DNA of 46,503 bases from a virus. Taxonomy: Duplodnaviria; Caudoviricetes. Position numbers and translations under genes: made by a program. This document shows, piece after piece, positions 7,915 through 17,494 of this stretch (the first letter of the stretch is position 1; every line of letters starts with the position of its first letter). The notes beneath the pieces are model-generated. The model was given only the letters and a program-made list of their open reading frames with translations. It made no database searches and had not been told where the DNA came from. The DNA lies in IMG/VR virus record IMGVR_UViG_3300032255_000172, positions 1 to 46,503 of that record. The stretch is one strand, 5' to 3'.

Positions 7915-8184
7915 TTAAACGTCTAATGCTGATGTATATGAGTTCATTCTCTTTATTCTTCCGTACACTTTTTCTTGTATATCAGGAAATAAATCAGTCA
8001 CGTCAAGCTCTACTGAAGATATTACCTCCTTACCTTCAGCCTCGGCTGTTGCTGTTGAAAACACCGACAATACTGCCATTACTTTATTATCTACATCCGA
8101 CCACCTTAGGTAGGCCAATTTGTGGTAAGCATCTGAGTGAGTCCCCCCACGAATTTCATCTGTTGCATCTATCATTAACGCCAT
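7915..8184 (-). CDS. small tail-associated protein (possible fibre assembly/chaperone)
   Basis: Last gene of the late operon directly after the tail tip gene; call by position only. Confidence 0.55.
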   Translation of the reverse strand: MALMIDATDEIRGGTHSDAYHKLAYLRWSDVDNKVMAVLSVFSTATAEAEGKEVISSVELDVTDLFPDIQEKVYGRIKRMNSYTSALDV

Positions 8185-8188
8185 AACA

Positions 8189-11100
8189 TTATCCTACAAA
8201 GTTCCAGCCTGTTGAGCCATTATTATTACAGTACAGTACGCCAGCGGAAGTTACCCATAACGTTCCCTTAACTGCTGTGTGAGTTGGAGCTGAAGAAATG
8301 GTAGATGGCACCAACACTACAGGCCCTCTGGAAGAGTTTGAACCACCAAATCTTCCTCCATACCCATTTGCTGAGTTGGCCCATACAGCATACTTGTCAG
8401 CTCCACTGACAGTTGCCTGCACTGCTGTTCCTGCTGAACTAATAAAGTGCCCTGATATTCCTGATATGCTACTAGCAAACACAGCATCTCCAGAATTTGC
8501 ATTTATAGCATATACTGCTACTCCAGTGCTAGCAGCTGCGTAAGCATTTATCGCCCTTCCTGAGAAAGTGTATCCAGAAACTCCATACCCAGCCCCTGAA
8601 GATCCCTGAACCCCTGTCAAGGTGCTAGCAGGGTCATTTAATCCTCCTAATACATACGCAAAATCCGTTCCATTACCGGTAAGCCCCATAGACGCTAAAG
8701 GACCTTGCACTGCTCCCCCAACTCCAGGCGGGACTCCAAAAAATTGAATTTCTTGAGACCCTGCTACATTAATTTCAACGCGCTGACCAGAGTTCGACGT
8801 TGAAAAACTTGATGACGTAATTGCTCCCGCTGTAACCGAACCCAAAATTGCACTAATTGCTGATAAATTTGCGACATTAATAGTACCTGCGGTAATCTCT
8901 GTTATAAACGATTCATCAATTGCGCCAGGGTCAAAATAACTCCCCATATTTGAATAAGTAATATTACCAATTAAAGTTGCAAATGCACCTGTGTTAACAG
9001 TGGCATTATTTGCGGGCAAATTACTACCGCCAATATTTACGCCCCACGTAGCGCCAACCGTAGCATTATTGGCAGGTAAATTACTACCACCGACATCAAC
9101 ACCCCACGTAGCACCTGCCGTCGCGTTATCGGCTGGCAAATTAACATTAGACCCTACAAATATATTTAATGAATCTATTCCGCCACTGGTGGATGTTTTG
9201 ATTATTTGCGCCATTACGCAATCAGTTTCTAATGGCAAAAATTGAAATCTAGTACCAACATTATCCTCAGCGTAAAACAAACCCGAAGCTTTAATATAGA
9301 CAACAGGGACTATTCTAACGTACGCAAGTCCATTCCATGCTGCGCTAAATCTGGTTAATGGGGACGCATCCGTCCACATAAGAAATACTAACTCAGTACT
9401 GGGTACTGGAATATTTCCTTCGTATTTAGTGTGTACTTGAGTATCAGCAAGTACGGTTCGCTTGCTACCATCTGGATGATAAAAACTCGATCCTTGAACC
9501 CTTACCTCTCCTATGTTGGAGACTCCTCCAACGGTAAGATTTTTAGTGAATACAATATCGCCAAACCCACCAACCGAAATACCTGCAGGTATATAATCAG
9601 GCAGATTAGCCACATTAGAATTCCAGTCAGCGCCAACGGTTGCGCCCGCCTGAACCGGCGCAAACGCTGTGGCATCTAACGTGGTGAGTGCCGCAACAGC
9701 AGACTCCTTACCCGAATAAAACACCGCCTTAATTAAATAATTGTAAGTGCCTGCAGCAAGCAAGGTAACATTAAAATAATTTAACCGTAAAAGATCCGAC
9801 AGCACCGTTGCTGTTGCCCACGCTGTACCTTCTCTAATTTCAAAATGCGACAGTTCCGTGGTAATAATACGATCCCACTTGAGAAGCGTATTTTCACCCG
9901 ATATTTCCGATGTGAAGTTTGAAACATTCGGCGGCAAATCGCTTTGCTCTTCTTCTATAACTTCCGGCTCCGGAATGTATTGCAACCCAAAAGCCGCATC
10001 AATCCAGTCAGACCCGGTGAACCCTAAAAAGCGCTGATCAACCGTAATTCCCGTTATACCTAAATCAACCATTTGTGCTGGCGTAATACGAGAGTGCTTT
10101 GTAACCTGGTCACCATCAAAAACCAAAACAGGCGTGCCCTGAACAGGGCAATCACCCTGTAATGCAACATGCCCTGTTACAAGCTCAGGCGGTGTTGATT
10201 GCCCATCAAGTACCACCAGCAAACCACCCGGCGCACCACCGCCACCACTACCCGCATAAACCTGCCTGCCCTGTACAACGGCACCACCACCCAACACACC
10301 ATCATCACCCGAGGTATCAATTGACCCCGAAACACCAAACGCCATACCGCCGCAAATAACCAGTAACCCGGCCCCACCATTACCACCATCGCCGCCATTA
10401 CCAACAACATAATAAGGATCGCCACCAGAACCACCATCACGGGTATATAAAAACCGTCCGCCCGCACCTGATGCCCCCCTTAAATCGGACGGCAACCCGT
10501 CCAATGATGCTGAATTATTTTGTAAATTATAGTTAGGCACACTCTGCAGTGCGCCCTCTGTTAATACGCCATCAACCAATGTGGCCATAAAAAAGTTAGA
10601 GCCCGACGCCCTAAGATTACCGGATGACTTTGTTGAGCCCAGCACGCCAGAGACACCTGCGCCCGCGTTATCGAGTATAGGCGTGCTAAACTCACCCAAT
10701 AAAATTGAGGTTGAATTATTATCAGAGAACAAAGTCGCACCCGCACCCCCAGCATGCCCCCTGCCCTTACCATCCATGTCGCCATTAATGGTGTAAAAAT
10801 TTTGAACCTTTAACGTAACATTTTGATCAAATGTAACTCTTACACCCGCCGCTAGTTCCAAGTTACCCAGGTAGTAATAAACCGCCGCACCGAATGTTGC
10901 CGCACCGCTTAAATGACCATCTTCAGTAATAACACCATTAACGATAGTTAAAACCGTTGAAAGCTCCACTCCCTCAGAGGCCCAATAAGCGCTATCCATC
11001 ACCTGATTAAATGTTGTTCTTTTTATTGTTCCCGCTTTTTGACTCGAGCCAAACAATTCTAACTTTACGTCACCGGTTAACCAATTTACCGATACCTTTT

Positions 11101-12634
11101 GAACCTCAAAAACACGATTTAATGCAATGGAATTTGGCTCATTAATATCTCGCACCTGAGCCAAATTAACATTAACCGCATCGCCCACCTCTAAATAATT
11201 TAACGAAGGCAACACGCTAACAGATAAGCGCAACGGCGGGCCGCTGAAACGATCGCGCACCTGATCGAAATAACCAAATATTGATTTGTCTGCAATCGCC
11301 CCCGTGTGCGCACCACGCAGTTTAACGGTTTTTTTCGTTGCTTCACCGTGTATCGCAATACTTTCTGCATCAATTAAAACTGAGTTTTTTGTATAATCTT
11401 CTTTTGAATAATCATAATTCCACTCAACATCAATATTATTAATAACCGCTGAGTAATCATGATTAAGGGCACCATAACTCACCACGTTAATCGCATTTAA
11501 TTCAACCAGGTAACCCGAGTTAGACAGCACGGGAGCCAAACGTCTAAGACCCAAGGCACCATCAGAACGCACCGGCATAAAACAACTGAGATAGAACAAC
11601 AATTCTTTTTCTATAAATTTTTTACCGTCGGTTTTTTCAACCCCTTCAAACCGAACATGCCGGCCCTTCTCCGTTGCGGTGTTCCATAAATCATTACCTA
11701 TACCCGTAAACTCAGCCAACCGAACATACTGAGTATCTACACCTAAATGAAAATTATTCGGTAACGTTTGACCAGGTTGGTTTTCTAAATTACCCGTAAG
11801 TAATGCATTAAGAATTTTAGGCGCCGGGCCTTCAAGAAAAACATGTTCAGTTATTTTCGTTTGACGATCATCAGAGCGCGCAACATCAATGGTATGCTCA
11901 GCAGCAAGTGTATTAAGCGCACCGCGCCCACCAGCTACAACCTGAAAAGACACGCCATCAGTAGCATGGGTAAACAATCCAGAGTGACAAAATTTTTCAT
12001 CATTTATACGCGCATACGAAACCGTTTCATTTGGTCTATCGGTGTAACTCGAATCATGCTCTATGGGTGGGAATTTTGTTAAATCGGTTTGATGTACCGG
12101 AATGTGAAGCTGAGTTGATGTGACCGACGCTGAAAGCGTTGTCGTTTCGGGGTCAAATATATCTTTGCGAGTAATGCGCTGAATATCAGAGCATTTAAAA
12201 TTATAAACACCATCCAGATAATCGGGGTCATCTATAACAAACATTAATACTGGCTGATAATCAGCCCAAGAAAATCCCTCATACGCAACATACAAAATAA
12301 CCTGTTTATGACGTAGACCCCGACCAAAATCTAACTTATCGCGTTGATATGCGGTAAGTGATTCATTCATATCAACCGCTTTAAAGCTCAATGCACCTAT
12401 CGTTGATAAGGCCTGATCAGGGTTAATAGATTGTGACTGACTAGAAACACTCTCAATTACATTTGCAATTACCAGCCCCGCCGCTACCGCGCCCGGAGGT
12501 GTTGCGGTATCGCTATGAGACGTTAAATAAAGAAGATCTGCATTTGCACTGTCAAAACTTATTTGCAAAACAGCACGCGGTGATTTACTGACAGATGAAT
12601 TAGCGCTTGCAAAAACAGTATTATCTTGTCGCAT
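8189..12634 (-). CDS. tail tip / central fibre (host-specificity) protein
   Basis: 1481 aa, after tape measure and distal tail genes; Gly-rich region, Fn3-like segment, NATVGATWG repeats, beta-helix-like C-terminus. Confidence 0.8.
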   Translation of the reverse strand: MRQDNTVFASANSSVSKSPRAVLQISFDSANADLLYLTSHSDTATPPGAVAAGLVIANVIESVSSQSQSINPDQALSTIGALSFKAVDMNESLTAYQRDKLDFGRGLRHKQVILYVAYEGFSWADYQPVLMFVIDDPDYLDGVYNFKCSDIQRITRKDIFDPETTTLSASVTSTQLHIPVHQTDLTKFPPIEHDSSYTDRPNETVSYARINDEKFCHSGLFTHATDGVSFQVVAGGRGALNTLAAEHTIDVARSDDRQTKITEHVFLEGPAPKILNALLTGNLENQPGQTLPNNFHLGVDTQYVRLAEFTGIGNDLWNTATEKGRHVRFEGVEKTDGKKFIEKELLFYLSCFMPVRSDGALGLRRLAPVLSNSGYLVELNAINVVSYGALNHDYSAVINNIDVEWNYDYSKEDYTKNSVLIDAESIAIHGEATKKTVKLRGAHTGAIADKSIFGYFDQVRDRFSGPPLRLSVSVLPSLNYLEVGDAVNVNLAQVRDINEPNSIALNRVFEVQKVSVNWLTGDVKLELFGSSQKAGTIKRTTFNQVMDSAYWASEGVELSTVLTIVNGVITEDGHLSGAATFGAAVYYYLGNLELAAGVRVTFDQNVTLKVQNFYTINGDMDGKGRGHAGGAGATLFSDNNSTSILLGEFSTPILDNAGAGVSGVLGSTKSSGNLRASGSNFFMATLVDGVLTEGALQSVPNYNLQNNSASLDGLPSDLRGASGAGGRFLYTRDGGSGGDPYYVVGNGGDGGNGGAGLLVICGGMAFGVSGSIDTSGDDGVLGGGAVVQGRQVYAGSGGGGAPGGLLVVLDGQSTPPELVTGHVALQGDCPVQGTPVLVFDGDQVTKHSRITPAQMVDLGITGITVDQRFLGFTGSDWIDAAFGLQYIPEPEVIEEEQSDLPPNVSNFTSEISGENTLLKWDRIITTELSHFEIREGTAWATATVLSDLLRLNYFNVTLLAAGTYNYLIKAVFYSGKESAVAALTTLDATAFAPVQAGATVGADWNSNVANLPDYIPAGISVGGFGDIVFTKNLTVGGVSNIGEVRVQGSSFYHPDGSKRTVLADTQVHTKYEGNIPVPSTELVFLMWTDASPLTRFSAAWNGLAYVRIVPVVYIKASGLFYAEDNVGTRFQFLPLETDCVMAQIIKTSTSGGIDSLNIFVGSNVNLPADNATAGATWGVDVGGSNLPANNATVGATWGVNIGGSNLPANNATVNTGAFATLIGNITYSNMGSYFDPGAIDESFITEITAGTINVANLSAISAILGSVTAGAITSSSFSTSNSGQRVEINVAGSQEIQFFGVPPGVGGAVQGPLASMGLTGNGTDFAYVLGGLNDPASTLTGVQGSSGAGYGVSGYTFSGRAINAYAAASTGVAVYAINANSGDAVFASSISGISGHFISSAGTAVQATVSGADKYAVWANSANGYGGRFGGSNSSRGPVVLVPSTISSAPTHTAVKGTLWVTSAGVLYCNNNGSTGWNFVG
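8995..9145 (-). repeat. 60-bp (20-aa) tandem repeats in tail tip protein
   Basis: NLPADNATAGATWGVDVGGS / NLPANNATVGATWGVNIGGS / NLPANNATV. Confidence 0.85.
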
Positions 12635-12638
12635 GTTG

Positions 12639-13034
12639 CTACACTTCTCTAACTTTCATTGAAATGCGCCACAAATTTGAACCATTTACACGCGACTCAA
12701 CGTAACCAGGTGAAGCAATAACAGCCATCGGATTATTAGGCACCGCAACTGAGCCCATAACATCTAAAACAAAAACTTCACCACCCTGTACTGAATCAGC
12801 AAACTCACGAATAAGATCGATGCTTTCATTCGTAATACTGCCAATTGTCATTTGGTGAAATATATCAATTCGCTGAATAACGGTTTCTTGTTGGCCGCCA
12901 ATCGACACATGGGTTTTTGATTTTGGTTTAACCGAACGATCGGCTAACTCTAGAACCACATCAATATCATAATTAACATTTACAACATGACCCGAAATTA
13001 GACTTCTTAAAGCCTCATAATTAATAGCCGCCAT
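12639..13034 (-). CDS. putative distal tail protein
   Basis: Position between tape measure and tail tip; size. Confidence 0.6.
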   Translation of the reverse strand: MAAINYEALRSLISGHVVNVNYDIDVVLELADRSVKPKSKTHVSIGGQQETVIQRIDIFHQMTIGSITNESIDLIREFADSVQGGEVFVLDVMGSVAVPNNPMAVIASPGYVESRVNGSNLWRISMKVREV

Positions 13035-15037
13035 TACTCTTCCAACTCATCGGCATTTCGCGTACCTTTACGAATTAAAACAAGATCTCTATTCTCAATG
13101 CCATTTTGAATCGCGGGCACAATTAAATCATCCACAATTTCATCCGTAATGATGCCTGTCACGTTAATGGTAAGCGAGCCACCGCCCGCACGTTCAGCAT
13201 CACGTTGTGGCAACGCATCACCTGAAACATTCCCACTATTCGGTGCACTCGGAAAGCTACCCAACGACGAAGAGCCTCCACCCGCACCGGCTAACTGAGC
13301 CAACCCTGTTGCAGCAATTAACCCCATAGAGACCACGCCCAAGCCGCGAATTGATGCCGCCGCCGGTGGGCCTGCAATTGGCCCTAATTCAGCCAGCGCA
13401 CGCGTTGCGGCAACCTCTGTTTGTATTTTTACTTGCGCAATAGCTAAGCCCTTTTCTAAAACGATAATGGCTTTCTGCGCTTTTTCATTACTACCCGCCA
13501 ACATTTTCAATAAACCAATCGCTTGATTAGCTACACTGAACTTCATTTGAGTAATTTGCCGACTGACACGGCTTTCAATAGAAGCACGTTTCTTTGCTTC
13601 CTTATTTGTTACCTGTGTCAACTTACCCTGATGTATTCGATCAGACTGTTCTAACTGTTCGTTTCTTTCTTGATCAGAAATCAAATTATTTTGAAAGTTT
13701 TCTTCGATTTGAAACTGGCGCTGCTCGTAAAATTCGCGTTCAAGCTCTCGGCGCGCCATAAGAGATTGCTCTAATAATGATTCTTCGTTTTGAAGCGACT
13801 GCGCGAAATTTTCGGCACCTTTTATTGATGCTTGTTTTTCTTTATCTAACTCGATACTTTGTTTTTTTATCTCAAGCGCCTGCTGTTGTTGCTGCTGTTC
13901 CGCTGCAATTTGTGCACGTTTTTCGGCAGCAGCTTGTTGCGCTATTTGCTGAGCTTCTTTTTCTTTAGTTAACCGATTTTCTATTTCTGCAGATAATTCC
14001 TGATTTACTCTTAAGTCTTCTTCAAGTATGACTAACCGGCGGCTTTGCGCAGCGTTGACATCATCGCTTATTACCGAGTCGTTTATTCTTTGCAGTATTT
14101 GCCCGCGTTTTTCTAGCAGGGTTTGCAGTTGCTGCTCGTCTGAAGGGTCTATTAAATTAGCTACGCGCTCCATGCCGCGAGCCATGCGGTTTAAAAATTT
14201 CTCAGCGTTGTCAGAAACCGCGCCCTCCGCTATGGCTTCCATAAAGCGGTTCCAGTTTTCGCTGACTAAATCGAGCGAACCGGCTAACCCTCCGCCCTCT
14301 GCAGTGCCCGCACCGCCTAATTGCTGTGCCAATGTATCAAGTATTAAACCTTGTGCTTTTGCTTGCTGCCCAGTCTCTAACATGGCTTTAATCATGTCTT
14401 TTTGGCTTTGGTTAAACGAAACACCAGAACGGCGCAATGCAGTTAAGCCGGTTAGTGGATCTTCAAGTGCTTTTGCAAGCTGCAGAGCAGATTGCTTAAT
14501 GTTGGTACCCATTACCGCGGCCATATCTTGCGAAAGCTCTAACGTCCGGGTAAAGGTTTCCTCTGATATGCTTTTAAACGTTAACAGCACACCGGCGGCT
14601 TCACGCACATCGCCTGCACTGGCTAATGTTGCGGCACCTATGCTACGTGATAAGTCATCTATTTGTTTAGCCGTTAACCCAGACGCACCACCCGTGGATT
14701 TTAATAATCCTTCAATTCTGAATAACTGTTTTTCATAATCTGCATATACGGTTAACGATGTTTTTAACGTTGTCGTTGCACCAGCAAGCGCCAACCCAAA
14801 ACCAACCGTTAATGGGTTTAAGGTTGAAAATAACGAGGCTATAGAAGAAAGCCGCCCAGCGGTGCCTCCTAATGGGCCCTGCATTGCTGCTGTGGCCTGT
14901 GCTGTGTTTCTGAAACCACGGGCCAGCTTATTGGTTTTCTTTTCGGTTTCTTTTAAGCGTTTTTGCAGGCGATCGAAATCACCCTTGGTTTGGTCATCTG
15001 TTTTAAATTTTAAAACTACGCTATTTGCTGCTGACAT
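13034..15037 (-). CDS. tail tape measure protein
   Basis: Ala/Gly-rich helical protein, 'QLAKALEDPLTGLTALRRSGVSF' lambda-TMP-like motif, long coiled coil. Confidence 0.92.
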   Translation of the reverse strand: MSAANSVVLKFKTDDQTKGDFDRLQKRLKETEKKTNKLARGFRNTAQATAAMQGPLGGTAGRLSSIASLFSTLNPLTVGFGLALAGATTTLKTSLTVYADYEKQLFRIEGLLKSTGGASGLTAKQIDDLSRSIGAATLASAGDVREAAGVLLTFKSISEETFTRTLELSQDMAAVMGTNIKQSALQLAKALEDPLTGLTALRRSGVSFNQSQKDMIKAMLETGQQAKAQGLILDTLAQQLGGAGTAEGGGLAGSLDLVSENWNRFMEAIAEGAVSDNAEKFLNRMARGMERVANLIDPSDEQQLQTLLEKRGQILQRINDSVISDDVNAAQSRRLVILEEDLRVNQELSAEIENRLTKEKEAQQIAQQAAAEKRAQIAAEQQQQQQALEIKKQSIELDKEKQASIKGAENFAQSLQNEESLLEQSLMARRELEREFYEQRQFQIEENFQNNLISDQERNEQLEQSDRIHQGKLTQVTNKEAKKRASIESRVSRQITQMKFSVANQAIGLLKMLAGSNEKAQKAIIVLEKGLAIAQVKIQTEVAATRALAELGPIAGPPAAASIRGLGVVSMGLIAATGLAQLAGAGGGSSSLGSFPSAPNSGNVSGDALPQRDAERAGGGSLTINVTGIITDEIVDDLIVPAIQNGIENRDLVLIRKGTRNADELEE

Positions 15038-15315
15038 GAATCAATTAACTCCATAGCTTTTAAATAACAATGCGGCTGCTCTAACAACCCACCTGATTTA
15101 ATTAATATGCCGTTTTTATAATGCTTATACATGCGGATATAAAACAGGCTTTCATCGCTAACCATCGGCAACAAACACGTATTAAATTCGCCTATTTCTT
15201 TGATGTACCATTTAGGAAAACCGGCAGCGCCATTTGAGCCAGGCATTACACCAGACTCGTCACAATGGTGGTGTGAGCACTCATCGCAATTAAATTTATC
15301 AATGTTTTGATACAC
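15016..15315 (-). CDS. tail assembly chaperone T part (gpGT via -1 frameshift)
   Basis: In the -1 frame of the upstream gene and open from the slippery site AAAAAAC. Confidence 0.75.
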   Translation of the reverse strand: MYQNIDKFNCDECSHHHCDESGVMPGSNGAAGFPKWYIKEIGEFNTCLLPMVSDESLFYIRMYKHYKNGILIKSGGLLEQPHCYLKAMELIDSCQQQIA

Positions 15316-15326
15316 TTCAATTGCGA

Positions 15327-15647
15327 TTATGAGTTTTTTCTTGCGTCACCTTTTAGCTCAGATTTGAGCATTATTTCAAAGCCGATGTCTTGCAAATACA
15401 AAGGCGGAATACGTTTAATATTTGCCGCTGAATACTTGACAGGATTACCATCAAAATCATTAAAATTTTCCCAACCAACGAGGCCGTACATAATAGCCAG
15501 GTTGTAATCAACAGCACCCGCCCGACAAACCTCAATATATTGAACACCATCGAGGCGCTTAATTTTCCAGCGCGTTGGGTTATCTTCTTTTTCATCAAGC
15601 TCAGACACAAATTCTTGCTCTGAGATCACTTCAATAGCTGTTGCCAT
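15327..15647 (-). CDS. tail assembly chaperone (gpG-like)
   Basis: Between tail tube and TMP; 'GLVGWENF.D.DG.PV.Y' motif; ends ...RKNS at the slippery site. Confidence 0.8.
   Translation of the reverse strand: MATAIEVISEQEFVSELDEKEDNPTRWKIKRLDGVQYIEVCRAGAVDYNLAIMYGLVGWENFNDFDGNPVKYSAANIKRIPPLYLQDIGFEIMLKSELKGDARKNS
15333..15339 (-). promoter_or_regulatory. programmed -1 ribosomal frameshift heptamer A-AAA-AAC
   Basis: X XXY YYZ in frame; the -1 shift reads KLIIAIEVYQNIDK into the next ORF. Confidence 0.8.
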
Positions 15648-15714
15648 AACGTAAATACTCTTAATTAATGCTATAATCTATTAATTTTTTAATAAATTAA
15701 TAGGACGTAAAATA

Positions 15715-16011
15715 ATGAATAAGTGGATCATTTTAATATCAATATGGCTTTCCGGCTGTGTAAGCACCGGCGACATCGCCTACCAAAGCCTTCAGCCATC
15801 CATTGATAAAAACGGTAATAAAACATTCGATTTTTATTACACCAAAGCCGTTGAGGATAGCTATTCAAAGGCTGGCGGAAAACAGGCGATGTTTGATTTT
15901 TTTATTCCAAGAGAACTTGCAAAACATGATTTTTGCAACAATGGATATACCCTACTAAAGAACACACAAATAGAACCCGGCTACTATATGCAGCACGGGC
16001 AATGTAAATAA
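15715..16011 (+). CDS. moron lipoprotein (possible superinfection exclusion)
   Basis: Lipobox LSGC; antisense to the tail operon; AT-rich upstream region and AGGA RBS. Confidence 0.75.
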   Translation: MNKWIILISIWLSGCVSTGDIAYQSLQPSIDKNGNKTFDFYYTKAVEDSYSKAGGKQAMFDFFIPRELAKHDFCNNGYTLLKNTQIEPGYYMQHGQCK

Positions 16012-16012
16012 C

Positions 16013-16936
16013 TTAGCTAAAGATCAGCGTAAACTCATCATCACCCGCTGACTCAGCCATGCCGCACCCGACATCGAGGGTGCGCACCCCATCACGATCA
16101 CCAGGGGATAAATCACGATAGTAAACAGCGGGCATAGTTATTTGATAACGATTACCCACAACACTTCCGATTAAACCCGTATCAAGCGCCAAGGTGTTAC
16201 CCAATTCGAAATCATTTTGCCAATCATTATCGGCAATTAATGTGTCTTCAGGGTCAAACGACCCATTGACATCACGGCCCGTAATACGCACTTCACCATA
16301 CCCATCAGACGATGAAATATCAGGTGGCGTTGCTAGTGTATTTGACAAATCAAAATTCAAAGAGCTAATAACTGCGCTATAACCGCCAATGCTAAAACCG
16401 GCACCAATAACGGGTGTAGGCACGGTGTTATCGTAAGCAGGCGAAATCATTGGTGTATCTGACTCGGAAGCAACATGGCCGGTAAACGTAAAGCTCATTT
16501 TACCCTGTGGCCCAGTTTCTAACTGAGGGTTAACATTACCTCGGCAACCCGTAAGAATAATTAATTTACCATCACGATAATAATAAAGCGTTATTGATTC
16601 ATGGCCAGTCGACACAGGGCTATAAGCAACCGATGTTAATGCCACAATTGTTTCACCTAATGCGCACGCGCGTAACAACGTGCCAATTTCAGGCGCAACA
16701 CCCGGTGAGCCACTGCCTTTAATTTCAACATCAAAGCTAATCGACATTAAACGACCGCCGAAAATTTGTTGCAGTTTACCAAGGTTTCCACGAATTGAAT
16801 TCCGTTCATTCATACGCAACCCCTCATTACTCCAATTCGGGTTTTCAACCAGAATCGCATCCCCTTCAACTGGAAGCGAATCGGTATTATAAGCCGCTTC
16901 TATTTTCGCCAGAATAATTTCACGATTAACTAACAT
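16013..16936 (-). CDS. major tail tube protein
   Basis: 307 aa; 'ILAKIEAAYNTD', 'LLRACALGET', 'ITGRDVNGSFDPE' typical of phage tube proteins; position. Confidence 0.85.
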   Translation of the reverse strand: MLVNREIILAKIEAAYNTDSLPVEGDAILVENPNWSNEGLRMNERNSIRGNLGKLQQIFGGRLMSISFDVEIKGSGSPGVAPEIGTLLRACALGETIVALTSVAYSPVSTGHESITLYYYRDGKLIILTGCRGNVNPQLETGPQGKMSFTFTGHVASESDTPMISPAYDNTVPTPVIGAGFSIGGYSAVISSLNFDLSNTLATPPDISSSDGYGEVRITGRDVNGSFDPEDTLIADNDWQNDFELGNTLALDTGLIGSVVGNRYQITMPAVYYRDLSPGDRDGVRTLDVGCGMAESAGDDEFTLIFS

Positions 16937-17054
16937 TTTCTTTTACCTCTGTTTTTACTACAGGTTTATTTTCAATCTTTTTATCAGCCTTGTTTTTTTC
17001 TTTATCAACAATAGTGCTGCCACCGTTTTTAATTTCATATGATTTTTTTGCCAT
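16926..17054 (-). CDS. small Lys-rich hypothetical protein (42 aa, MAKKSYEIKNGG...)
   Basis: Hand-translated ORF that fills the gap between tail terminator and tube genes. Confidence 0.55.
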   Translation of the reverse strand: MAKKSYEIKNGGSTIVDKEKNKADKKIENKPVVKTEVKENVS

Positions 17055-17056
17055 TA

Positions 17057-17491
17057 TTACGCCCCTGCGCTTGCTAGTGAATGCCGGTATGAAATTGAAA
17101 AATTCATCACCTGGCGGCCTATGTTTTTTTCCGCGTCACCTGATATCTCAGGCTCTTCATCACCCAACGGATTTGTGTCTATCACAAAATCAAGCCCTTG
17201 AGACCTATCAGCCATTAACGCAAAATAAACCTCTTCACGGATTTGATTTAACGCCGTATCAAACTGAGCATTAGTTTTTACATAGGCAATTATTTTTAAA
17301 TTTAAAACCCGCCTAATAAATGCAAGATTTTGAACGCCCTCTGGTATTTGATCCTCGCCTTGCTCTAAAACTAAAGCAGGTAAAGTCTCTAAAGGCTCAG
17401 AGCGACCACGCGAAATATTTTCGCCTGTTGTTGTTAAGCCTCCCAACAATGAAAATACAGTTTGCATTATGTTTTCAGCACGATGTGTCAA
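17057..17491 (-). CDS. tail terminator (gpU-like)
   Basis: Size, position before tail tube, 'LPALVLEQGED' motif. Confidence 0.75.
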   Translation of the reverse strand: MTHRAENIMQTVFSLLGGLTTTGENISRGRSEPLETLPALVLEQGEDQIPEGVQNLAFIRRVLNLKIIAYVKTNAQFDTALNQIREEVYFALMADRSQGLDFVIDTNPLGDEEPEISGDAEKNIGRQVMNFSISYRHSLASAGA

Positions 17492-17494
17492 AAC

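Noticed and set aside
8189-8500. Diversity-generating retroelement target at the tail tip C-terminus
   Set aside because: No reverse transcriptase and no template repeat seen in the window
14028-14738. 236-aa plus-strand ORF and other antisense ORFs within structural genes
   Set aside because: Shadow frames of well-supported minus-strand phage genes
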